Of a stretch of DNA of 64,000 nt, positions 1 through 8,446 are shown one piece after another. Numbering within the stretch: the stretch's first letter is position 1; every line of letters starts with the position of its first letter. A program made the position numbers and the translations under genes. The notes below the pieces were generated by a model. It had not been told where the DNA came from. It did no database searches and saw only the letters and a list, made by a program, of their open reading frames with translations. Origin of the DNA: Candidatus Marinacidobacterales bacterium (GTDB taxonomy: Bacteria; Acidobacteriota; Vicinamibacteria; Marinacidobacterales; SMYC01); contig OZ250169.1 in the NCBI GenBank assembly GCA_965237955.1, positions 4,448,001 to 4,512,000 on the forward strand, given 5' to 3'.

Positions 1-1
1 A

Positions 2-412
2 GTGGGCGGGCTCCTCGCGGGTCTCCTGGACTTTCCATGCGCGAGCGCCGCGGGGAACCTGAACCTCCAAGACGACACCACGCTTCGGGTCGAACGTGAG
101 CTCGAGAACAACGAGCTTCAGGTCGTCGACCTGACGTTACCGGCGGTGGTCACGGTGCAAACCGGCATCAACACACCGCGTTACGCGAGCCTCAAAGGGA
201 TCATGGCGGCGAAGAAAAAGACCGTCGCGAACCTCGGCTTGGCCGATCTCGGCCTCGACGCTTCGGACGTCGGCGGAGGCGCCGCCAAGCTTCGCACCGT
301 GGGATTCGCCCCGCCATCCAAGGGCAAGGGCGCGGAGATCCTGACCGGCTCTCCCGACGAGATCGCACAAAAGCTCATCGGCCGTATCCGCGAGAACACA
401 GGAGTCATCTGA
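2..412 (+). CDS. etfB: Electron transfer flavoprotein beta subunit (5' partial)
   Basis: LPAVVTVQTGINTPRYASLKGIMAAKKK is the ETF-beta C-terminal signature; lies directly upstream of ETF alpha. Confidence 0.92.
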   Translation: MGGLLAGLLDFPCASAAGNLNLQDDTTLRVERELENNELQVVDLTLPAVVTVQTGINTPRYASLKGIMAAKKKTVANLGLADLGLDASDVGGGAAKLRTVGFAPPSKGKGAEILTGSPDEIAQKLIGRIRENTGVI

Positions 413-415
413 GAT

Positions 416-1387
416 ATGCCTACCAAAGTCCTTATTCTCGCCGAGCACGACGGAACTACCCTCAAAGACATTTCGTTCGAGCTTCTCGGGATGGCGAACG
501 CCATCGCGGACGCCGAGGTCAAAGCGCTCCTGTTGGGAAACGGCGTCGACGGCCTCGCGGAAGAGCTCGCGTCTCGCGGCGCGAGAGAAGTGATCTACGT
601 CGAGGGCGCGGCGCTCGAGGAATACACAGGTGACGGCTATCAGAAAGCCATCGAGCCCATCGTCAAGGAAGAAGCGCCGCGGCTCTTTCTCATCGGCAAC
701 ACGCCGAACGGCTGGGATGTAGCGCCGCTCGTCGCGGCCAGGCTCGGGGTGCCGCTCGCAACCGGTTGCTCCGAGGTGACGCTCGAGGGAGACGAGGGTC
801 GCTTCAAGCGCAAGGCGTTCAACGGAAAGTTCGTCCACGAAGTCGCGATATCGGATCAAAGCCCGCTCATGGCGACCATCGACAAAGGCGCTTCCTCGGT
901 TTTCGAAGGCCAGACGTCGGGCTCGGTGCGCAAGGTGGAGCCAACCGTTCACAAGAGCGATCTGCGCTCGCGCTTCGTCGAGATCAAGAAGGGCGCCTCG
1001 AGCGGGCTCGATTTGACGCAGGCTGCGGTCATCGTCGCGGGAGGCAGAGGCGTCGGGGAAGCAGAGAAACTCGACGTCGTGCGTGAGCTCGCGGACGCGT
1101 TGGGCGCGCAGCTAGGCGCTTCGCGCGCGGTGACCGACGCGGGTTGGCTTCCCCACGAGCATCAAATCGGCAGCAGCGGCGTGACCGTCAGCCCTAAACT
1201 GTACGTCGCGTGCGGTATCTCGGGCGCGATCCAACACGTCGTGGGCATGAAGAGCTCGGGGTACATCGTCGCCATCAACAAAGATGCCGACGCACCCATC
1301 TTCGGCATTGCTGATGTCGGTGTGGTGGGCGATCTGTTCGAGATCGTGCCGGCGCTGACCAAGGCAGCCAAAGAAGCAAAAGGTTAG
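416..1387 (+). CDS. etfA: Electron transfer flavoprotein alpha subunit
   Basis: FAD-binding motifs [30 protein letters not shown]. Confidence 0.95.
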   Translation: MPTKVLILAEHDGTTLKDISFELLGMANAIADAEVKALLLGNGVDGLAEELASRGAREVIYVEGAALEEYTGDGYQKAIEPIVKEEAPRLFLIGNTPNGWDVAPLVAARLGVPLATGCSEVTLEGDEGRFKRKAFNGKFVHEVAISDQSPLMATIDKGASSVFEGQTSGSVRKVEPTVHKSDLRSRFVEIKKGASSGLDLTQAAVIVAGGRGVGEAEKLDVVRELADALGAQLGASRAVTDAGWLPHEHQIGSSGVTVSPKLYVACGISGAIQHVVGMKSSGYIVAINKDADAPIFGIADVGVVGDLFEIVPALTKAAKEAKG

Positions 1388-1390
1388 AGG

Positions 1391-3118
1391 CTAGCCGGCT
1401 TTCTTGTTCTCTTCGGACTTTTCGGTCTTCTTGTGCTCGTCCTTTTCCTTGGGAGCATCCGGGATCGGAAAGTCCGGGTCGAGGGTGCGCACCTGATCGA
1501 AGACCCGCTCCGCGCGCTCGGTGAGCCCTTCCTTCTGGTACAGCTGAGCTAGTCCCCTGTATCAGAACAAATTAGATAAAGCAGAGCTTGCCGAAACCCT
1601 TCTAAGTGCATGAATCTTATGAATCTTATGGGCTGGCGAAAAGCCTAACTTTGTATAGTAATCAAAGATCCAGGGGACTAGGGACAAGAGATACCGCGGC
1701 TCCCACGGCTCGAGCTTGTGGGCAATCTTCAAATTCTGCTCCGCGTCCTGCCGCCATTTCGGGTTCTCCGAGAGCGCGCGTCCGAGGAAGTGATAGCGCG
1801 CGGGGTCGTTGTCCTCGTCGAGCTCCATCGCCTGGCGGCAGAGCTCGATCGCGCTCCAGAAATCTTCTTCTTTCATGGCGCGCTTCGCGCGCTTGAACAA
1901 CCGCCCGCCCTCCCCGGAGTCCGTTGGACGGATCCAATCCTTCCGCACCGAAGTTTCGGACGTGATGACCTCCCAACGCTGCTTCGATTCCTGGTATTGG
2001 CTCTCGTGGTCATCGAGCTTTTGATACGCGTTCGTAGAGGTCTGCGACGTTAGCGTAATGTAGGCCTCTTTCACGCGGGCGCGCCCGAACGAAAGCTTTT
2101 CTTGAAAATCCGAGTCCGGAATGTGCTCCCACTTCTCGGGATCGAACTTGTGGAAGCGCTCGCTGTACGCGGCTTCGATCTGCGCGTCCCCCGCGCCGCG
2201 CTCGAGCCCGAGGACCTGCCAGTGGTTGTGGCACTGGATGTCGTTATGGAGCTCGATGAGCTCCTTCTCGAACGGATCGGGGGCGGCGTCACGCGGTGTC
2301 GGCCGGGGACCGATTGGCGGATCCGCGCTGACCCTTCTTTCTTTGAGCTCTACGACGCCAGCCTGATGGAGCGCAATCAGGGTGCGGACCGCGTCTTCTT
2401 CGTCGAGCGGCGACGACTTCAAGATCTCTCCCACCGTGCTCTCGCTGTCGACGAGGTCTAACAGCGTGGCCTGTTCGGGCGTCAGCTCCATTCCGGAGGC
2501 GACCGCGAGCGCGCCGGCGGTCTGTTCGAGCACGTAGTCTTCGATGAGAACCTTGTCGCGATAAAGCCCCACATCGGGAAGGCGTTTGACCGCGTACAGG
2601 AACACGTCGCCGATGGATACCGGCGACAGCGTCACCGCCTCGACCTCCATTTGCTCCGAGAACACCAGCCGGTCCGACGGGCTCATGAGAATCGCACCAG
2701 CGATGTCGAGGATCTGGATGCGGACGAAGCGTTCGATCTCACCAGCTCCGAGGTAATCGAGCTCGACGAGGATCTGGCCGAGCTTGCGGCCCGAGCGGAT
2801 GAAGCTGATGGCGTGGTCGAGCTCGGTCGCGGTGATCTGCTGCTCGCGCACCATGACCTCACCGAGACGCTCTTCAGGAACGTTGGATCGGGCGCCGACG
2901 AGCTCGCCGCCTTCGAAGAAGACCAACCGCTTGGCGTCTCCCGCCTCGCTGATGAGCGCGCCGTTTTTGCCTGCCTCGAATGCGCTCCGCATCGCGCGCG
3001 CCGCTTTGGTGTCAAAGGTGTCGCTCAATCTGCAGATCTCCCCAACTTTGACAGAAGCAAGTTGCAGGCCAATATCGTGACGATCGCCGTCGCGCCATAA
3101 GTTCCCGCGGATCAACAC
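1391..3118 (-). pseudogene. DUF4388 + J-domain-like + TPR protein, interrupted near its 3' end by a MITE
   Basis: N-terminal RLGEVMVREQQIT (DUF4388-like), NHWQVLGL J-like segment, TPR helices. Removing 129 bp (MITE plus one CTAG) restores ...YLLSL-AQLYQKEGLTERAERVF...KKAG* ending at 1391. Confidence 0.8.
1553..1677. mobile_element. 125-bp MITE, copy 1 (TIR TCCCCTG, flanked by CTAG)
   Basis: AT-rich non-coding insert CTAG-TCCCCTGTATC...GATCCAGGGGA-CTAG; second copy at 43154-43278 with 2 mismatches. Confidence 0.9.
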
Positions 3119-3177
3119 GAAACGGGCACCAAAACGATGCGGCGGGCGGAAACTGTGGAGAAAACCCTACACCGGCG

Positions 3178-3621
3178 CTAGCCAGTGGCAGTCCAGAGCG
3201 TGACCGACTCGGGGCTGATTTTGATCAGCGGTTTCTGGTCGATGCGGGCGTTTCTGTACTGTGGGTATCGGGAACGTAGCCTCGCGATGACCGTGGCGTG
3301 CTCCTTCGCGTAACGCCCACGGGGAGCGATGGTCTCGGCCACGCCGCGCACGAGCACGTAACCGAGCGCGGTCCAGTCGGCTTCGTAGTGGTCGATCACG
3401 AGTGACACCGAAGGGTTCACCTCGATGTTCCGAAGCCGCTTCAGCCGACCCCACGAGACGCTCTTACGCTTCTCGTCGATAGGCGTATAGAAATACCCGT
3501 CGACGAGCACGAAGCAAACCGGGACGACGCTCGGTCTCCCCTCCGCATCGGCCGTCGCCAGGCGCGCCACGAGGAGCTTCTTGATGAATGCCTCGACTTC
3601 GGGCTCGATAGCGACCGTCAT
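3178..3621 (-). CDS. PPOX-class (pyridoxamine 5'-phosphate oxidase-like) putative F420-dependent enzyme, Rv0121-like
   Basis: VARLATADAEGRPSVVPVCF, PIDEKRKS, RLRNIEVNPSVSLVIDHY, LRSRYPQY. Confidence 0.8.
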   Translation of the reverse strand: MTVAIEPEVEAFIKKLLVARLATADAEGRPSVVPVCFVLVDGYFYTPIDEKRKSVSWGRLKRLRNIEVNPSVSLVIDHYEADWTALGYVLVRGVAETIAPRGRYAKEHATVIARLRSRYPQYRNARIDQKPLIKISPESVTLWTATG

Positions 3622-3726
3622 GGCTCGAGTGCTTATAATGCATTATGCGCGCTCTCTTTCCAACGCTTCTTGTTCTTCCCTACCTCTGGCCTCGGGTCGT
3701 TCTCGAGCCGTAGTAGACTGGTCGCC

Positions 3727-4119
3727 GTGAAACGCCTGATCGCCCTGTTGTTGTTGTTGTGCTCCTCTTGTGGAGGTGGGGGTGGCCTGCCCACAGGCGC
3801 GTCTCCCGTGATGGCGAGCGTCGAGTTCCACTACGAAGCCACATCGGACCAACGGGCCCAAAACTTCGGGTGCAACGGCGTCGCGCGGATCTACCCCAGT
3901 TGGTGGGGATTCACCCACGCGACCATGATCCTGACGGGTGAAGGACGCTGGGCGGCGCTCTTCGAGAACGTCCCCGTCGGCCGACAATCGGTCCGTATTA
4001 CCACTCCGTTCGGTTGCGACAACCCGAGTATCGTCGCGAACGACGTCGCACTGGCCGCTCGGAACGACAACCTCGTATTCGCCTTCACCGTCCACCCTGA
4101 CGGCAGTGTCGATCACTAA
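3727..4119 (+). CDS. Hypothetical lipoprotein
   Basis: GTG start; signal peptide KRLIALLLLLCSSC followed by a Gly linker. Confidence 0.6.
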   Translation: MKRLIALLLLLCSSCGGGGGLPTGASPVMASVEFHYEATSDQRAQNFGCNGVARIYPSWWGFTHATMILTGEGRWAALFENVPVGRQSVRITTPFGCDNPSIVANDVALAARNDNLVFAFTVHPDGSVDH

Positions 4120-4930
4120 AACGACCGTTTCGGTCGTCATCCCGACGTTCAACCGCGCGAGCGTCATCACGCGAGCGCTCGAATCCATCCTCCTCCAGAC
4201 ACGTCCGCCTGACGAAATCCTCGTAGTCGACGACGGCTCCACCGACGATACCGCCGAGCGGGTGCGCGCCGAGTTCCCCGGCGTTCGCTTGATCGAGCAA
4301 GAAAACCACGGCGTCAGTGCCGCACGAAACGCCGGAATCCGAGCGGCTACCGGAACCTGGATCGCCCTCCTAGATTCCGACGACGAATGGCTTGCCGAAA
4401 AACTCGACCGCCAATTGCGCGCGGTGGCCACCGACGACACCGTCCTTTGCCACACCGACGAAATCTGGATCCGGCGCGGCCGCCGCGTGAACCCGATGAA
4501 AAAGCATCGGAAGCACGGCGGGCACATCTTCGAGCACTGTCTTCCTTTGTGCGTCATTTCGCCTTCGTCGGCGCTGTTGCATCGGCGTCTTTTCGAAACC
4601 GTTGGTTGGTTCGATGAAGATTTGCCCGCGTGCGAGGACTACGACCTCTGGCTCCGCGTCACCGCACGCTTTCCCGTCCTCTTCATCGACGAGCCGTTGA
4701 TCGTCAAGCACGGCGGCCACGACGATCAGCTTTCTCGCCGCTACTGGGGTATGGATCGCTTCCGCATCACCGCGCTCGAAAAAATCCTCGCGGCGGAAAC
4801 GCTCAGCGAAGCGGATCGCGCCGCGGCGGAATCGATGTTGGCGCACAAGATCGCGATCTACGCGTCGGGCGCCAAAAAGCGCGGCAAGCTGGCGGAGGCA
4901 CAGGCGTATGAGAGTAGGCTCGAAACATGA
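4106..4930 (+). CDS. Glycosyltransferase family 2
   Basis: VSVVIPTFNR, VVDDGSTD, GVSAARNAG, LDSDD (DxD), CEDYDLWLR. Confidence 0.92.
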   Translation: MSITKTTVSVVIPTFNRASVITRALESILLQTRPPDEILVVDDGSTDDTAERVRAEFPGVRLIEQENHGVSAARNAGIRAATGTWIALLDSDDEWLAEKLDRQLRAVATDDTVLCHTDEIWIRRGRRVNPMKKHRKHGGHIFEHCLPLCVISPSSALLHRRLFETVGWFDEDLPACEDYDLWLRVTARFPVLFIDEPLIVKHGGHDDQLSRRYWGMDRFRITALEKILAAETLSEADRAAAESMLAHKIAIYASGAKKRGKLAEAQAYESRLET

Positions 4931-5742
4931 CTCGGTTCGTCGTTGCCCTTCGCGCGGAAGCGCGCCCTTTGATCGACCGCTACCAGCTCGAAGCACTCGA
5001 ACCTGGCGACGATGGCGCATTCCGTGCGTTTCACGGAAGCGGCCGTAGTCTCGTGATCTCGGGCGTCGGTAAAGTAGCGGCGGCCGCAGCGGTAACGTAT
5101 CTTCATGAAAAGCCCCTAGAAGTATGGTTGAACGTGGGTATCGCCGGTCACCGCGACCGCTCACCGGGTGAGCTCGTGCGGGCGCACCGCGTCACCGACA
5201 CCGGGACTGGTGAGCGCTTCTATCCAACGCTCCTCGGCCTTCCTCACATCCAGACCGAAGGCGTCACCACGGTCGACGTACCCGAGACCGAGTTCGCCTC
5301 GCGCGACGTCTTCGACATGGAGGCGTCGGGCTTTTACCAAACCGCGGTTCGCTTTTCGACATCCGAGCTCGTGCAGTGCGCGAAGATCGTGAGCGACAAC
5401 GTGGACACTGGCACCGACGCGCTCACGGTTGAGCGCGTCAGCAAGCTCGTGGAACGTAACCTCCACGCCATCGATGATGTCGTCGCCCATCTCGAAACAC
5501 TGGCCACAGAGCTCGAGCCTTTGCGGCCTTTGGGAGATGCGCCCGACGTCGAGCCTTTCTTCGAGACATGGCACTTCACCACATCGGAAAGGCGGCGGCT
5601 TTCTCGGCTTCTCGTTCGCCACCGTGCGCTCCAAAGTCTGCCGACGGCTGAGGAGTTCCGCCAACTGAAAGCGGCGTCGGCGGTCTTGCAAGAGCTCGAC
5701 CACCGCGTGCGAACCCTCGCTTCGGAGCAGCGGGAGTTTTGA
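4927..5742 (+). CDS. Nucleoside phosphorylase / MTA-SAH nucleosidase-like protein
   Basis: ALRAEA, SGVGKVAAAAA, NVGIAG, DMEASG, KIVSD motifs of the PNP_UDP_1 fold; ATGA overlap with GT2. Confidence 0.75.
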   Translation: MTRFVVALRAEARPLIDRYQLEALEPGDDGAFRAFHGSGRSLVISGVGKVAAAAAVTYLHEKPLEVWLNVGIAGHRDRSPGELVRAHRVTDTGTGERFYPTLLGLPHIQTEGVTTVDVPETEFASRDVFDMEASGFYQTAVRFSTSELVQCAKIVSDNVDTGTDALTVERVSKLVERNLHAIDDVVAHLETLATELEPLRPLGDAPDVEPFFETWHFTTSERRRLSRLLVRHRALQSLPTAEEFRQLKAASAVLQELDHRVRTLASEQREF

Positions 5743-6464
5743 CGCCGCTCGAGCTAATAGGAGCCGCTACGATCGTGATGCTCGGTGCGATCCTTCAAGG
5801 CTCGGTCGGGTTCGGCCTCGGCATGCTGGCGGCGCCACTCCTGGTGCTCATCGATCCCGGGTTCGTGCCCGCTCCGCTTCTGGCGGCCGCGTTGGCGCTG
5901 ACACTCCTCGTTGCGCAACGCGAGCGGCATGCCATCGACTTCAGGGGCATCGGATGGGTGCTCGTCGGCCGCCTCCCCGGCACGCTCTTGGGTGCCATGG
6001 TCATGGCGATCGCTCCTCAACAGGCGACGACCATTCTCGTCGGCGTGGTCGTGTTCGTCGCGGTTGGTCTCACCGGCTCAGGGATGAGCCTTCCGCGTAC
6101 CCCGCGCGTTCTCTTGGGCGCGGGGACGCTCTCGGGTTTCATGGGGACGACGACCTCGATTGGCGGGCCGCCGATCGCGGCCCTCTACCATGACGCGGCA
6201 GGAGCCAAGCTCCGCGGAACGATGTCCGCCATCTTCGTCGTCGGGCTCGTGATCACCCTGACGGCTCTCGCTATCGTCGGCCGCTTCGGCCGGCCGGAGC
6301 TCCACCTCGCAGCGTGCCTTCTCCCCGGCGCCATCGTGGGCTACGCGGCGTCCAGCCGTATCGCACCAATTCTCGACCGGGGCTACACGCGTGTCGCCGT
6401 GCTGAGTGTTTCGGCTCTCGCTGGTCTTTCGGTCATCGTGCAGGCGCTCGTGGCGAGCCAGTAA
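5739..6464 (+). CDS. TauE/SafE family membrane transporter
   Basis: Multi-TM; GSVGFGLG and TSIGGPP motifs. Confidence 0.85.
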   Translation: MTPLELIGAATIVMLGAILQGSVGFGLGMLAAPLLVLIDPGFVPAPLLAAALALTLLVAQRERHAIDFRGIGWVLVGRLPGTLLGAMVMAIAPQQATTILVGVVVFVAVGLTGSGMSLPRTPRVLLGAGTLSGFMGTTTSIGGPPIAALYHDAAGAKLRGTMSAIFVVGLVITLTALAIVGRFGRPELHLAACLLPGAIVGYAASSRIAPILDRGYTRVAVLSVSALAGLSVIVQALVASQ

Positions 6465-6468
6465 TCGA

Positions 6469-7458
6469 ATGATCGAGACAATCTACGTCGAAGACGCGGT
6501 GGCGTCCCATCCGCGGGTGCAATCGATACTCTCGAGGTTTTCGAAAGCAGCGGCAATTCCCGTCACTCGCTATGGCGAAGTGTTCAACCGCAATCATCAG
6601 AGCTTCCGACTTCAGAAACGAAAGCCCTCGTTGATCCTCGCGGAGAAGCAAGGCAACCGGGTGTTGCCGGCGCCCGAGGGCTACGGCATCGGGAGCGCGC
6701 AAAACTTCTACTTCTCTCACGTTCTCAACTGCCTCTACGATTGCCGCTATTGCTTCTTGCAAGGCATGTATCGTTCGGCGCACTACGTCGTATTCGTGAA
6801 CTACGAAGATTTTCAAGACGCGATCGTGTCCACCGCGATCGCGCGTCCCGACGAAGACGTTTATTTTTTCTCAGGCTATGACGGCGACAGCCTCGCTCTC
6901 GATAGCATCACCGGGTTCGTCGACGCGTTCGTTCCGTTTTTTGCGGAACATCCTCGTACATACCTGGAGCTACGCACAAAATCCGCCGCCATTCGACCGC
7001 TCTTGTCACACGAGCCCGGTGCAAACGTCGTCGTTGCATTCAGCTTCACACCGGTCGCTTTCGGCAATGCGCTCGAGCACGGCGTGCCCAAATTGGAAGC
7101 TCGCGTCGGCGCCATGCGGCAGCTCGCCGAACGAGGCTATCGTCTCGGGCTACGCTTCGATCCGCTTCTGTACACCAAGCACTACCGGCAACACTATCGT
7201 GGGCTCTTCGAAGCGATCTTCTCCCAGCTCGACGTTCGAAGCCTCCACTCGGTGAGCTTCGGTCCGTTCCGGATGCCACGCGACTACTTTCAGCGCATGC
7301 AGAAGCTCTACCCGGAGGAAAAACTCTTTGCGGGCCTCGACGAAGAAACTCGCATGGTCTCGTATCCGGCGGAGCTCGAGAAGGCCATGCGAGAGTCATG
7401 CGAAGAGGAACTGAGGCGCTTCGTACCGTCCTCGATCCTGTTTCCGTGTCGCCCCTAG
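6469..7458 (+). CDS. Spore photoproduct lyase-like radical SAM protein
   Basis: CxxxCxxC motif NCLYDCRYCFLQGMY; DSLALD, ELRTKS, GLRFDP match the SplB-like family. Confidence 0.85.
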   Translation: MIETIYVEDAVASHPRVQSILSRFSKAAAIPVTRYGEVFNRNHQSFRLQKRKPSLILAEKQGNRVLPAPEGYGIGSAQNFYFSHVLNCLYDCRYCFLQGMYRSAHYVVFVNYEDFQDAIVSTAIARPDEDVYFFSGYDGDSLALDSITGFVDAFVPFFAEHPRTYLELRTKSAAIRPLLSHEPGANVVVAFSFTPVAFGNALEHGVPKLEARVGAMRQLAERGYRLGLRFDPLLYTKHYRQHYRGLFEAIFSQLDVRSLHSVSFGPFRMPRDYFQRMQKLYPEEKLFAGLDEETRMVSYPAELEKAMRESCEEELRRFVPSSILFPCRP

Positions 7459-7606
7459 CGACGAGAAAGTTCCCTCCCTGCACTTGCCCCTGCCCCTGCC
7501 CGGGAGTGGGAACCGCGTTGTCCCAAATCGTATAGATTCTTTACGGCGACGCTAACGTAAAGAATGTTAAGCCAGGTGTTTACACATAGTTGCAATGATG
7601 GACCCG

Positions 7607-7622
7607 TGGCACGGAACTTGTA
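7607..7622 (+). promoter_or_regulatory. Possible sigma-54 promoter
   Basis: TGGCACG-GAAC-TTGTA: perfect -24 element, -12 has GT instead of GC; ~25 bp upstream of the ORF at 7648. Confidence 0.4.
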
Positions 7623-7647
7623 TTAGCACTTGGCAACGGTGCTCTGA

Positions 7648-7932
7648 ATGAGACACGCACAGAACCGGATCCCAATCGTCCTTCTGGCGTTTTTCGCGCT
7701 CGCGACACCCGTTATCACTCAGGCGGATCTGGTGTGCCCGCTCTGCGACGCCGAACCCGTGGTGACGCTCGGCGTCGCCGAGGTCGTCGAGCTCGTGCTG
7801 TCGACGGTGATGTACAAAGGCGTCGCCGTCCTTCTCCTCGGCGCGACTGCCGTCGTCAGCTTGCCGTGGGTCGTCGCCGGGGTGGCTGTCGCTCTTTTCT
7901 ATGTCCCTCGCTGGCTCAAGGCCTCGTCTTGA
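7648..7932 (+). CDS. Small hypothetical membrane protein with CxxC
   Basis: Signal-like N-terminus, CPLC, hydrophobic C-terminal helices. Confidence 0.5.
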   Translation: MRHAQNRIPIVLLAFFALATPVITQADLVCPLCDAEPVVTLGVAEVVELVLSTVMYKGVAVLLLGATAVVSLPWVVAGVAVALFYVPRWLKASS

Positions 7933-8108
7933 CCTTCTCGAGCTCGTCGTAGACGTCTTCTTTCCAATACTGCGAGCGCACGTGCTCCACGAGCTGCACG
8001 CGGTAGCTCTCGGATTCGATGGCGATGAGTTGCCGATCCGCACCCCGATATAGAATGCCGGCTCCAGCAGGGCCATGAATGAAAACGGTGATGACGCAGG
8101 AAAAAAAT

Positions 8109-8200
8109 AACGCAAAGTCGCAAGGGCGCAAAGGTTCGGGTTCACTTCGCTTCACTCGACTCGCTTTCTTTGCGCCTCCGCGTCTTGGCGCCTTTGCGTT
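8109..8200. repeat. REP-like imperfect palindrome (AACGCAAAG...CTTTGCGTT)
   Basis: AACGCAAAGTCGCAAGGGCGCAAAG pairs with CTTTGCGCC...GCGCCTTTGCGTT; flanked by A- and T-runs. Confidence 0.6.
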
Positions 8201-8446
8201 TGTTTTTTGGATCAGACGCACTCTCTCCAAGAAGATAGATCATGGGTTACACCGTTCCTTGCTCGCGAGGCCCGATTCGCGCAGGAGATCAAAAAAAGTC
8301 GCTTTATCGGCGTCGCGACCCGGGTGTCATCGGCCAGAGACGCCACCGAAGCGCTTGCCACGCTGAAAAAGGAATTTCCCGACGCCACCCACCACTGCTG
8401 GGCGTACGTTCTCGGAAACCGCTCTCCAAAATCTGATCAAATCTGA

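Noticed and set aside
7483-7502. TGCCCC x3 microsatellite
   Set aside because: Too short to be meaningful in GC-rich DNA
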